Assembly: GCA_964558975.1 (NCBI GenBank)
Contig: CAZLFQ010000001.1
Span: 365,341-429,340, forward strand
DNA from: an uncultured Candidatus Midichloriaceae bacterium
Lineage (GTDB): Bacteria; Pseudomonadota; Alphaproteobacteria; Rickettsiales; Midichloriaceae
DNA: 64,000 nt
Reading direction: 5' to 3'
Shown: positions 1 to 9,369 of the stretch, one piece after another
How positions within the stretch are numbered: the first letter of the stretch is position 1
Layout of the letters: each line of letters starts with the position of its first letter
Notes under the pieces: generated by a model
What the model saw: the letters and a program-made list of their open reading frames with translations, nothing else
Database searches by the model: none
What the model was told of the DNA's origin: nothing
Made by a program: the position numbers and the translations under genes

Positions 1-392
1 CATTCCTAAACCTTAGAAACAACAATGGAAAAACCGCTTTAGATATCGCACGAATTAAACAGGTAAACCCAGAAATTATTCAACTTCTAGAACAAGCAAT
101 GTCAAGACAAACCCAACAATCTTCAGCTGTTGCTTCTACAAGTGCTGCCTCTACAACTTCTCAAATGCCACTGGATCAAATGCTACCGCAATTTGATTCA
201 AATTTTTCAAGATTGAGTAGCGCATTTGCTAATAATGTTACCTCAAGCCCTGTAGCTTCAACTGCAATGCCTGAGACGTTCAATCCAGAAGCAGAAAGCA
301 TATTTGGAAACCTGCCAGACTTTGACATATCATCATTTATCGATCAAGATCCACTTTTCGGTGATGATGTTTATCATAATTTGTTTAGGTAA
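1..392 (+). CDS. ankyrin-repeat protein, C-terminal part (5' end lies off the window)
   Basis: The frame of tracked ORF 99..392 stays open back to the window edge. Nt 3-98 translate to FLNLRNNNGKTALDIARIKQVNPEIIQLLEQA, a terminal ANK repeat (compare NGETALDVAKNN in the 14263..15756 protein). An S/T/A-rich tail follows, ending in the acidic patch DFDISSFIDQDPLFGDD. Confidence 0.6.
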   Translation, partial: FLNLRNNNGKTALDIARIKQVNPEIIQLLEQAMSRQTQQSSAVASTSAASTTSQMPLDQMLPQFDSNFSRLSSAFANNVTSSPVASTAMPETFNPEAESIFGNLPDFDISSFIDQDPLFGDDVYHNLFR

Positions 393-494
393 TTGGTAGC
401 TATTCTATAACGCTATTCCCAGCTTTTGCAAAAGCAAGGAGCTGTTCATAATTGCCGTAGTATTAACAGCTTATATTCTGTTATTTATTGATGC

Positions 495-518
495 TTTAAC
501 AGCACATATACTGTTAAA
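495..518. promoter_or_regulatory. inverted repeat TTTAACAG-N8-CTGTTAAA upstream of erpA (candidate operator)
   Basis: Perfect 8-bp arms at 495-502 and 511-518, about 47 bp upstream of the erpA ATG. A second CTGTT/AACAG pair lies at 441-446 and 465-470. Confidence 0.3.
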
Positions 519-564
519 CATAGTAGCTTCGACGTACTTGAACCCCTTAGAGAATTAGTATATA

Positions 565-909
565 ATGACCAGCATGACACAGACAAACTTCGAAATTACC
601 GATAACGCCGCGCGAAAAATTGCTAGTTTATTCCAGCAAGATGGCAAACCTGACTTAAAATTCAGAATAACAGTGCTTGGAGGCGGTTGTTCGGGTTTTC
701 AGTATAAATATGATATTGACAGCAATACCGATGCTAAGGATGTAATTTTCACAAAAGATGGAATATCTGTGGTAGTTGATGATATGTCGCTAGGCTTTTT
801 GAAAGATTCTAAAATAGACTTTGTTGAAGACTTAGGTTCTGCTGGCTTTGAAATTAAAAACCCAAACGCCACAGCTAAATGCGGCTGTGGGAATTCATTT
901 TCAATTTAA
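565..909 (+). CDS. erpA: HesB/IscA-family iron-sulfur cluster insertion protein (ErpA-like)
   Basis: 114 aa. GGGCSGFQY and the C-terminal CGCGNSF cysteine-ligand motifs are typical of A-type Fe-S carriers. Confidence 0.85.
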   Translation: MTSMTQTNFEITDNAARKIASLFQQDGKPDLKFRITVLGGGCSGFQYKYDIDSNTDAKDVIFTKDGISVVVDDMSLGFLKDSKIDFVEDLGSAGFEIKNPNATAKCGCGNSFSI

Positions 910-2265
910 GCTCTCGATAAACTCCGCCACCCTATATCCAGACTCCACTGCACCTTCCATAGTGCCAATATCTGCTTCCACAGCTGTATGCTCACCAGCA
1001 AAAAACACTCGGTTGTCTATCGGGGAATGTGGCTCACGGAAAGTCATGTTATTAATTGTGATGAATTCGTATATACGGTCATATGTATCAACAGACCTAT
1101 AGGAATAAGACCCTCTTGCATAAAGATCATCAACCCAGAAGTGGGTTACGGGGCATGTGTATTCCTTAAGTTGAACATTGTCATCAGCCTCAACTATAAT
1201 AAGCTCTCCACACACTTCTCCATCAAGTGCTTTTATGGCTTTGCTATATAAATCCCTATGAATGGTTTTCAAGTTTCTACCTTCTTCACCGGCAACAAAC
1301 ATATGAATATATGGAAAGCCGTGTGGTTGGAATAGAGAGATGCCATCGGTCATTACAAAATTGTCCTCAGCTTCATGTGATTTGTCGCTGATAATTTTAC
1401 CCGTAGTTCCATACTTTATTTTCTTAAGAAAATTTAGACGGTCAGTTGGAATCACATTGGGATCAATTTCAACATCAGTCAATACTGATAGAGGCGCAGC
1501 AAATATAAGCTTATCACAAAGTACAATTTTACCATTTATAAACCCAATTTGAATAGCTTCTTCTAAAGATTCTATACTACTCACAGCATGACCCAAGTGA
1601 ACATTTGGTTCTAAAAAATCACTCATGCCAAGTGCTAATTTTGCGTTTCCACCCTCTATATACTGAATCTCTATTTCATCACTTTGGTGTACGCCAGCAA
1701 GCCCACCATGTAAGACGTGGTATAAGTTCATCCATAACTTGGAAGAGATATCTTTCGGATTTCCACCTTCATATGCCGCGACTCTAAATGCAGAACTTAA
1801 GTATAGAAGCTCATCGCTCTTGAAAAGCTCTTTCATGACATCATCCATGTTTGAATGCTTTTCAGCTAAATCTTTAATAGTATTTTTAAGAATTTCATCA
1901 TCACCGAACTTAGAAACAAAGTCCTTAAGGAGTTTAGACAAGTTATAGAAATCTCCATTGTGATATAGCTTATCTGAAATCTTGAACATCACACCGCTAA
2001 TGCTTAAGCCTAGTTCTTCAGAAATTTTATTTATATAGCTTGGTGATCCACCATCGAGAATATTCCAACCTCCCATCTCGGCAATTGCTTCTTTGCCTTT
2101 ATTATTGAATTTCAATGAGAATACCCTGCCCCCTACTCGCTCGCGCGCTTCATATATTTCTATATTTTCAAAACCAAGTTGCTTAAGTCTATATCCAGCC
2201 GCTAGCCCTGCAAACCCTGCTCCAACTATGGCTATTTTTTCTTGCTTGTTTGTCATATATACCAA
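901..2265 (-). CDS. FAD-dependent amine-oxidase-family oxidoreductase
   Basis: N-terminal dinucleotide fold IAIVGAGFAGLAAGYRL followed by YEARERVGGR, the flavin amine oxidase signature. 454 aa; substrate unknown. Confidence 0.7.
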   Translation of the reverse strand: MVYMTNKQEKIAIVGAGFAGLAAGYRLKQLGFENIEIYEARERVGGRVFSLKFNNKGKEAIAEMGGWNILDGGSPSYINKISEELGLSISGVMFKISDKLYHNGDFYNLSKLLKDFVSKFGDDEILKNTIKDLAEKHSNMDDVMKELFKSDELLYLSSAFRVAAYEGGNPKDISSKLWMNLYHVLHGGLAGVHQSDEIEIQYIEGGNAKLALGMSDFLEPNVHLGHAVSSIESLEEAIQIGFINGKIVLCDKLIFAAPLSVLTDVEIDPNVIPTDRLNFLKKIKYGTTGKIISDKSHEAEDNFVMTDGISLFQPHGFPYIHMFVAGEEGRNLKTIHRDLYSKAIKALDGEVCGELIIVEADDNVQLKEYTCPVTHFWVDDLYARGSYSYRSVDTYDRIYEFITINNMTFREPHSPIDNRVFFAGEHTAVEADIGTMEGAVESGYRVAEFIESLN

Positions 2266-2380
2266 CTTAATTTAGGAAGATGATAAATCACTGTGGCAGT
2301 ATTAGCAAGTTTTTGTAGCAAACTTATCTAGCCTAACTTTTGGAAATGGAATATAGTACATAAGTAAATATGCTACAAAA

Positions 2381-3541
2381 ATGAAACAATACGACGTCAT
2401 AATTATCGGTGCTGGATACGTAGGCTTAACCTTCGCGTTAATGCTTAAAAATATAGGCTTGGACTTAATAGTATTGGAGAAAAGAGAATTAAATATTGAG
2501 AAAAAAGCCGGCGAACCTTCTAGGCTTCTCGCCATAGCTAAAGCTTCCTGCGATATATACAAAAAGCATAAGGCAATTAAAGATTTTGCTAAATTAGGAC
2601 AAGAGATAAAATGCATTAAAGTCATGGATGCAATGTCTGATGATTATTTGGAATTTAATCCATCGGATATTGATTTAAAAAATTTTGGCTACATGGTTGA
2701 AGAACACACTTTGCATAAGGAGCTTTTACAAAATTCGAAAGATATAGAAATATCAGATAAAATAATAATAGAAGAAATTAGACAAGATCAGAACTTTGGA
2801 TACGTAACTACTTCGACAGAACAACTCAAAGCCAAAATGGTGATTGTGGCAGATGGTAAAAATTCTGAAATTCGCAATAAACTTGAAATTGAAACGTTTA
2901 GGCATGACTACAAACAGTATGCTTTAGTATGTGACATTAAACATAATATTAACCACCAAGGATGTGCTATTGAGCGGTTTTTGCCAACTGGGCCTTTTGG
3001 GATACTTCCGAAAGCAGACGGTTACACATCATCAATAGTCTGGTCAATTGAAAAAGAAATTTGGCCAAGTATTAAACAGCTAGATAAAGAAACATTACTG
3101 GAATCAATTCAAGAAAGGTTTGGCGAAGATTTAGGTAAAATTGAATATGCCAGCGAAATAGCAACATTTCCACTTGAGCTTGTACATGCTAAAAAATATT
3201 ACAATGGAAGGTTTGTTTTGCTTGGTGATTCTGCTCATGCCATCCATCCTCTTGCTGGACAAGGGTTGAACTTAAGTATTCGTGATTGTAATAAGCTTGC
3301 TGAATTGATTAAAAATCAGCACGAGCTTGGGCTGGATATTTGCTCATCTTTAATGCTGGATGAATATGTTAAGAGCAGAACTTTTGATAACAATATGATG
3401 ATAGAATCCACTCATGGACTAAACTCATTATTTTCAAATAACTTTGTTCCAGTAAAATTCATGCGCCGCAAAGGTTTGAGTATTGTAAATAAACTTACGC
3501 CACTTAAAAAGCTATTTATGAAATATGCCAGCGGAATCTAA
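2381..3541 (+). CDS. UbiH/UbiF/COQ6-family FAD-dependent ubiquinone-biosynthesis hydroxylase
   Basis: DVIIIGAGYVGL FAD fold and the GDSAHAIHPLAGQGLNLSIRD motif. 386 aa. Confidence 0.8.
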   Translation: MKQYDVIIIGAGYVGLTFALMLKNIGLDLIVLEKRELNIEKKAGEPSRLLAIAKASCDIYKKHKAIKDFAKLGQEIKCIKVMDAMSDDYLEFNPSDIDLKNFGYMVEEHTLHKELLQNSKDIEISDKIIIEEIRQDQNFGYVTTSTEQLKAKMVIVADGKNSEIRNKLEIETFRHDYKQYALVCDIKHNINHQGCAIERFLPTGPFGILPKADGYTSSIVWSIEKEIWPSIKQLDKETLLESIQERFGEDLGKIEYASEIATFPLELVHAKKYYNGRFVLLGDSAHAIHPLAGQGLNLSIRDCNKLAELIKNQHELGLDICSSLMLDEYVKSRTFDNNMMIESTHGLNSLFSNNFVPVKFMRRKGLSIVNKLTPLKKLFMKYASGI

Positions 3542-4408
3542 CCTACCATCCTCTATGCTTGCAACATTACTTATAAGACCATTAGAAGTTATTATAACCG
3601 TTGATTTAATTTTAGTAGCTGCGCCTGTTTTGGAATCAACGCACTGAATCACTAGTCCAACAGCAGAGCTCGCTGGTATTAATGAATTTTTTACTAAATA
3701 TGTAAAAGTCTGAGATGTTAAAGTTTCCATTAACAAATGTAATTGTGACTCTTTAGGCAAAGTTGTGGAAGCTATTACTTTTTCACCATATTCACCATTT
3801 AACTCACTTAATGTAATTAGAATACTAGGCAGCAAATCAGGTAGTTTTGTATCTTGAGCTTTAGGAGTAATTTGCTCTTCATTCTGCAAAGAATTAATCG
3901 ATTTTAGTATCGGATTAAGATCGGCTTCTTTGATGTCTTTTTTGACTAAAGTTACTACCTCTTTAAATCTACAATATTCTTCTACACTTTTAATACTCTC
4001 TGCTACTTTTTTTATCTTAAAAACAGTTCTATGATATAGTTTTGAATTATTTAAAAGTGAGAGTCCGAGTTCGTGTACTTCCTGAAGACATTGTATAAAT
4101 TCTAAATTCGAAAAACTTTTAATCCTATTATAATAACTATCAATTATTGCTGCCCACCCAAAAGCTTTTAGTGTTTTATAAAAAAAAACCTCAGACCCAT
4201 TTGCTACATAACTTTTATCGATCCAAAGTTTAAAGAATAATTTAAGATCTCTCATAAGAGAAATAAATTCATCATTTCTCAAATCTGAAAGTTTTACAGC
4301 GCCAAAGAAGAGCCTAAATATAAACTCTAAATCGTTAAAATTATTTGAATTAGGAAATTTTGGAACTTCTGTTAAAATAAAATTCAGAAAAGTTCCTCGA
4401 TTCCTCAT
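3512..4408 (-). CDS. hypothetical protein
   Basis: 298-aa ORF starting 14 bp downstream of valS on the same strand. No signal peptide, TM helix or catalytic motif recognisable. Confidence 0.45.
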   Translation of the reverse strand: MRNRGTFLNFILTEVPKFPNSNNFNDLEFIFRLFFGAVKLSDLRNDEFISLMRDLKLFFKLWIDKSYVANGSEVFFYKTLKAFGWAAIIDSYYNRIKSFSNLEFIQCLQEVHELGLSLLNNSKLYHRTVFKIKKVAESIKSVEEYCRFKEVVTLVKKDIKEADLNPILKSINSLQNEEQITPKAQDTKLPDLLPSILITLSELNGEYGEKVIASTTLPKESQLHLLMETLTSQTFTYLVKNSLIPASSAVGLVIQCVDSKTGAATKIKSTVIITSNGLISNVASIEDGRLDSAGIFHK

Positions 4409-4422
4409 CTATGCCTCTAAAA

Positions 4423-6888
4423 TTATATTTCGGCAAGTTTGGCTGATAGCCGTAACTTTGAATTTTCCAACATAATTACTTCACTATCTAAATTATCAAC
4501 TCTCATAACCGAAATAGCATTAGATGCGTTTTTAATATCATTAACTATAGAGTCATTAAGCTCACATCCAGCATAATAAACATGCTCAAGTGGTGTCTTA
4601 ATTGAAATACCTTTTTCAGATTTAAATTTACGAACCAAAGCTAAAACTTCTATAGCATTTTTACCTTCAGCATCCGCAGCTTCTGAATAAAAATGTTCTT
4701 CAATTTTAGGCCAAGCACCACGCGAGTTTACTGATTCACCACCAAAGATTCCTTCATTTAATTCATCACAAATATGTGGGACGAATGGCGCGAATAATCT
4801 GAATAACGTTTTTAGTACGTGGTGAATTGTTATAATTGCACTCTGCCTACTTTTTGCATTCTCAGGATTCTCATCATACGATCTACCTTTGATAATTTCT
4901 AAATAGTTATCACATAAATCATTCCAGAAGAAATCTTCTATTGCCACACGTGCATCACAGTATTCATATTCCTTAAATGCTTTAGTAGCCTTTTCAGTCG
5001 CTTTTTGCAAACGAGAAAGTATCCATAAATCCATCGTTTCAAAAATCAAACCACTTGCCACATCCTCTTTGGGAGTAGATGGTTTTGAAGTTAGGCTCGC
5101 AAATTGCAATGCTGCAAACTTTGATGCATTCCAAAGCTTATTTACCAGCTTCTTACCAATTTTAAATACGTCTTCAGAGTACGCAATATCAACACCTAGC
5201 CTAGAAGTAGATGCCCAGTATCTAATAACATCAGCGCCTTTCTCTATAATTAAGTCAGTTGGCGTTACTGTATTACCTTTTGATTTGCTCATTTTTGTTT
5301 TATCAGCAGCCAAACACCAACCACTAAGAATGATATTTTTCCACGGAATTGTATCTGAATGATAAAGTGCTTTTACAATTGTGTAGAATGTCCACGTTCT
5401 AATAATTTCATGCGCCTGCGGTCTTAAATCTGCAGGAAATAACTGATTGTGACGCTGTGCATCCACAACGAAATCGTCACTAATACCACGCGAATTTAGC
5501 TGTGGGCTAATACTACTGGTTGCCCAAGTATCCATGACGTCCACATCTGGAGTAACTTCCTCCTTGGTATATCCCTTTGGTAAATCAACAAGTGGATCTA
5601 CAGGTAACTGATCAATTTCAGCAAATAAAACTTTGCCTTCTTCACCCGCGCGTTTTGAATACCAAACTGGGAATGGTACACCAAAATAACGCTGACGAGA
5701 AATACACCAATCTTGGTTTAATCCGTTAATCCAATGTTCAAGGCGAACTTTCATATAGTCAGGGAACCAGTTACACTCATTCGCTTTTTGCAGTAGCTCT
5801 TCTTTTTTATCGAGAATTTTAACATACCACTGAGGTGTTGAAATTATCTCAAGTGGCGCTTTAGAACGCTCCGCAACTTTCACCATTTGGGTGATTGGCT
5901 CTTGTTTAATCAACAAACCTTGCTCTTGCAAATCAGCGATAATTTTAACCCGCGCATCTTTTGCATACATGTCGGTATAAATACCAGAGTCCAACATTTT
6001 CCCTTCACGCGAAATGAAGTTTTTGAATGGAAGTTTATGACGCATTATCCATGTCAAATCTAAGAAATCACCAAAGCATGAGCAATATGCAAGACCTGAG
6101 CCTTTATCCATCAGCACATCTTCATCAGCAATCATTAGCACTTTATGGCCAAAAATAGGGGTAACAACTTTTTTGCCTGCTAAATGTTTATAGCGCTCAT
6201 CTTCAGGATGATACATCACCGCTAAACACGCAGCAAATAGCTCGGGGCGAGTTGTAGCAATAGTTAAATCCTGCCCATCTTCAGTTTTGAAGATGACATA
6301 ATTCATTGTGCTTTGGCGTTCTTTGTCTTCAATTTCAGCTTGGGCGATAGCAGTTCTATCAACTGGGTCCCAAAATGTTGGCGAGTCTTTTCTTTCTATT
6401 CTTCCTTTTTTAATAAGGTCAAGGAAAGACATCTGTGATAATTTACGCGACTGCGCACTGATTGTTTGATACTCTTGCCCCCAATCGAAGCTCAAGCCTA
6501 CGGCTTTAAATAATCTTCTAAATTCCTCTTCTGATTCGGCAACAACTTCTTGGCAAAGCTTTATGAAATCAGCTCTGGGCATTTGGACAGCCCTAACTTC
6601 CTTCACTTTTTCAACTAAACGCTCTGTAGGAAGACCATTGTCATCAAAACCAATTGGGTAAAACACATTTTTACCGCTCATACGCTGGTATCTAGCTATT
6701 ATATCAGCTTGCGTATAGCTAAATATATGCCCCATGTGTAAAAGCCCAGAAACCGTAGGTGGCGGCGTATCAATTACATAGCTGTTTTCCCTAGATTCAC
6801 TAGGGTTCCATTTATAAATTCCTTTCTTTTCCCAAAGCTCATGCCATTTCTTCTCAGAGGCCTGAGTATCGTAATTCTGCTGCAACAT
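4423..6888 (-). CDS. valS: valine--tRNA ligase (short form, 821 aa)
   Basis: Class I HIGH-type motif (LLHMGHIFSY) and KMSKS (KTKMSKSKGN). The N-terminus, YDTQASEKKWHELWEKKGIY, is ValRS-like. Confidence 0.9.
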   Translation of the reverse strand: MLQQNYDTQASEKKWHELWEKKGIYKWNPSESRENSYVIDTPPPTVSGLLHMGHIFSYTQADIIARYQRMSGKNVFYPIGFDDNGLPTERLVEKVKEVRAVQMPRADFIKLCQEVVAESEEEFRRLFKAVGLSFDWGQEYQTISAQSRKLSQMSFLDLIKKGRIERKDSPTFWDPVDRTAIAQAEIEDKERQSTMNYVIFKTEDGQDLTIATTRPELFAACLAVMYHPEDERYKHLAGKKVVTPIFGHKVLMIADEDVLMDKGSGLAYCSCFGDFLDLTWIMRHKLPFKNFISREGKMLDSGIYTDMYAKDARVKIIADLQEQGLLIKQEPITQMVKVAERSKAPLEIISTPQWYVKILDKKEELLQKANECNWFPDYMKVRLEHWINGLNQDWCISRQRYFGVPFPVWYSKRAGEEGKVLFAEIDQLPVDPLVDLPKGYTKEEVTPDVDVMDTWATSSISPQLNSRGISDDFVVDAQRHNQLFPADLRPQAHEIIRTWTFYTIVKALYHSDTIPWKNIILSGWCLAADKTKMSKSKGNTVTPTDLIIEKGADVIRYWASTSRLGVDIAYSEDVFKIGKKLVNKLWNASKFAALQFASLTSKPSTPKEDVASGLIFETMDLWILSRLQKATEKATKAFKEYEYCDARVAIEDFFWNDLCDNYLEIIKGRSYDENPENAKSRQSAIITIHHVLKTLFRLFAPFVPHICDELNEGIFGGESVNSRGAWPKIEEHFYSEAADAEGKNAIEVLALVRKFKSEKGISIKTPLEHVYYAGCELNDSIVNDIKNASNAISVMRVDNLDSEVIMLENSKLRLSAKLAEI

Positions 6889-7010
6889 ATAACAAAACCC
6901 TTATTTAGGTATGAAATATACCGCAAAACATTCGCAATGTAATCAATAAATTTACTATTTATTAACCATTTTACGATATACTTTATTTTAAGGTTAAATA
7001 AGGTTGAGCT

Positions 7011-7835
7011 ATGCGACCGAAAAGTTCAGTTTGCATTAAAATAGCTGCTTTGAGAGCTGGCTTCTCGCTCGTAGAGCTTGCAGCATCCTTAGTAATAATA
7101 GGACTAATAGTGGGAGCAATACTTTCAGGCGTCAGTATGTCTTCCCAAGCTGAAATTAGATCTGTTATCTCAGACTTACAAAGCTTTAGAGAAATGTACC
7201 AAACATTTTATAATCAATATAAACAAGTTCCAGGTGATATGGCCAATGCTTCAACAGTATGGCCTGCAGCAAACGTATGTTCTCTTGGACCAACATGTAA
7301 TGGAGATGGCGATGGTATTATAGAAGCGATACATGGAAGTAGCCTTGATGAAACCATAAGAGCTTGGAAACATCTAGAGCTAGCAGGCATTAGCGGATTA
7401 GGAATTGCATCAATTCCAGCCGCTTATACTGGTGTACTTTTAGTTGGATCAATGTCACCAAGAAGTAAAATTGATGGGGCTGGTTATTATATGGCTGGGG
7501 GATCAGACATTGGTGGGGACGCTGGCGGTACAATTATAGCATCTCCATGGACTAATAGAACAAATGCTGTGTTTTTAGGCCAGAAAAGCTCGTCTGCAAC
7601 TTCAAATGGCTTAACTATAGGAGCAGTAACTGGAAAAATCGCATACAGCATCGATATTAAGATTGATGATGGCAAACTGTCAGGCTCATCGCCAATAGGA
7701 CAGGATACAGGAAAATTTAGAACAAGAAATGACAGCGCAGGTGGCACTACATGTATAAACGGTGGTAGTTATATATTAACTTCCACAGCAAAAACATGCT
7801 TAGTTGGCTATCAACTGCACGATGTGAATTTTTAG
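7011..7835 (+). CDS. prepilin-type N-terminal cleavage/methylation domain protein (type IV pilin / pseudopilin-like), paralog 1
   Basis: LRAG|FSLVELAASLVIIGLIVGAIL is the classic G|F-x-x-x-E prepilin peptidase site plus hydrophobic alpha1-N helix. An AAGG Shine-Dalgarno element precedes the ATG. Collinear paralog of the next gene. Confidence 0.8.
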   Translation: MRPKSSVCIKIAALRAGFSLVELAASLVIIGLIVGAILSGVSMSSQAEIRSVISDLQSFREMYQTFYNQYKQVPGDMANASTVWPAANVCSLGPTCNGDGDGIIEAIHGSSLDETIRAWKHLELAGISGLGIASIPAAYTGVLLVGSMSPRSKIDGAGYYMAGGSDIGGDAGGTIIASPWTNRTNAVFLGQKSSSATSNGLTIGAVTGKIAYSIDIKIDDGKLSGSSPIGQDTGKFRTRNDSAGGTTCINGGSYILTSTAKTCLVGYQLHDVNF

Positions 7836-7843
7836 GAGGCTTT

Positions 7844-8632
7844 ATGAATAGAGGATTTTCATTAATAGAACTAGCAGCTGTAATTTTAATTATAGCACTT
7901 CTGTTAGCAGGTATTTCTGCTGGATCAAGCCTAATAAAACAATCTGAAATGCAGGCTGTAATTTCTGATTTTCAAACCTTTAGAAAATCTTACTATGATT
8001 TTACCACTCGTTACAGACAAATTCCAGGAGACATGGCTAATGCCGCTACTTATTGGTCTTCTGGATGTACAGTCACAATAACATGTAACGGCGACGGGGA
8101 TGCTAGAGTTGAATCTGTATGGAACTCTAATACTGACGAAACTGCAAGAGCAATGAAGCATCTGAGCCTTGCGGAACTTATACCTCATGGCATCAATACC
8201 ATTCCTGCATCTTATGTTGGTGTGATTTCGGTTGGGGATCTAGCACCAGCTAGCAAGATTACAGGTGCAGGTTATTTCATATCTTCAGGAACAGATATAG
8301 GAGGTGATGCAGCAGGTTCGATTATAGCTTCACCCTGGTCATCTGATACTCTTATAAACTCAGTTTTTCTAGGCAGAAAAACTGGTTCGGCAACCTCAAA
8401 TGGACTAACCAATGGATCTGTTAACGCCAGCTATGCATATAACATTGATAAAAAAATAGATGATGGCAAAACCGATACTTCTGGTAACAGCATCGGGTTC
8501 AATACAGGAAAAATAAGAGCTAGAAATGACGGTACAGGCGCCACAACTTGTATCAACGCTGGTGCAACAGCATATGTAGTTACCTCTAAAGAAGAAACTT
8601 GCTTGGTAGGCTACCAGTTAAACGACAGATAA
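7844..8632 (+). CDS. prepilin-type N-terminal cleavage/methylation domain protein (type IV pilin / pseudopilin-like), paralog 2
   Basis: MNRG|FSLIELAAVILIIALLLAG. An AGGAGG Shine-Dalgarno element at 7834-7839 overlaps the stop of the upstream paralog and favours the ATG at 7844 over the tracked start at 7796. Shares QxPGDMANA, TCNGDGD, DIGGDA..IIASPW, SATSNGLT, KIDDGK and TCLVGYQL blocks with paralog 1. Confidence 0.8.
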   Translation: MNRGFSLIELAAVILIIALLLAGISAGSSLIKQSEMQAVISDFQTFRKSYYDFTTRYRQIPGDMANAATYWSSGCTVTITCNGDGDARVESVWNSNTDETARAMKHLSLAELIPHGINTIPASYVGVISVGDLAPASKITGAGYFISSGTDIGGDAAGSIIASPWSSDTLINSVFLGRKTGSATSNGLTNGSVNASYAYNIDKKIDDGKTDTSGNSIGFNTGKIRARNDGTGATTCINAGATAYVVTSKEETCLVGYQLNDR

Positions 8633-8636
8633 TGGA

Positions 8637-9365
8637 CTATTTCTTAGTCTTCTTGATTGCATCTAAAAATGCCTGTTCTAGGTTTTTAGTTTTAGCATTT
8701 TTTATGAATTTATCTACTGTGCCTTCATAGTACAAATCGCCATAATGAAGTATTCCAATACGATCACATATCTCTTCCACATCTGCCAGAATGTGTGATG
8801 AGAAAAATATAGAGTTTCCTTGAGTACGATAGTCTTGCAGCTTTTTCTTTAGAAAAATACGCGCACTAGGGTCAAGACCACTCATCGGTTCATCCAATAT
8901 TAAAAGTAAAGACTTTGATAAAAACACCGAAACTAAGCCAAGTTTTTGCCCCATTCCTTTAGAGTAACTACTAACCTTTTTTTCTAAAGCATTCACATCA
9001 AAATCTAATTCTTCACAAATCTTAATTGCAGATTTTTTATCATAAGATTGCTGGTAATAGCCTGAAGCGAGTTCTAAAAATTCATTCCCTTTTAAAAACT
9101 GAGATGGAGTGAATTTCTCAGGTAAGTAGCAAACTTTTCTCTTTGATTCTATATTAGTATTTTCGCTACCAAAAAGTTTTACCATGCCAGAATCTTGTCT
9201 TAATAGTCCAAGTATAATTTTAATTATGGTAGTTTTACCAATGCCATTCAAACCCACTAAACCATAAGTTTCTCCTTGAGAAATTTTTATGTCTAGGGAC
9301 TTAAGCACGTGGTGAGTTTTAAAACTCTTATTGATTTTAGATACTTCTATTGGAAAGGCTTTCAT
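8637..9365 (-). CDS. ABC transporter ATP-binding protein (ABC-2-like), no adjacent permease
   Basis: Walker A GLNGIGKTT, signature YSKGMGQKL and Walker B LLILDEP. Last gene of the 13164..8637 operon, 4 nt after the upstream stop. Confidence 0.85.
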   Translation of the reverse strand: MKAFPIEVSKINKSFKTHHVLKSLDIKISQGETYGLVGLNGIGKTTIIKIILGLLRQDSGMVKLFGSENTNIESKRKVCYLPEKFTPSQFLKGNEFLELASGYYQQSYDKKSAIKICEELDFDVNALEKKVSSYSKGMGQKLGLVSVFLSKSLLLILDEPMSGLDPSARIFLKKKLQDYRTQGNSIFFSSHILADVEEICDRIGILHYGDLYYEGTVDKFIKNAKTKNLEQAFLDAIKKTKK

Positions 9366-9369
9366 AATA

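Noticed and set aside
2302-2625. 107-aa minus-strand ORF spanning the amine oxidase/ubiH-like intergenic region
   Set aside because: It overlaps the 5' third of the well-supported UbiH-family gene on the opposite strand and has no supporting motif. The many other 60-110-aa antisense ORFs in the track (for example 848..1102, 5069..5362, 9389..9685, 10198..10841, 36601..36930, 45385..45892, 60874..61110) were rejected for the same reason.
4180-4188. A9 homopolymer inside the 3512..4408 ORF as a possible phase-variation tract (similar A/T8-9 runs at about 20597, 23481 and 54148)
   Set aside because: Runs of 8-9 A/T are expected by chance at this base composition. The frame is intact and there is nothing to indicate slipped-strand switching.
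7796-7843. N-terminal extension of the second prepilin-type gene (tracked start 7796)
   Set aside because: It would overlap paralog 1 and place 16 non-leader-like residues before MNRG|FSLIE. The ATG at 7844 has an AGGAGG Shine-Dalgarno element at the right distance.
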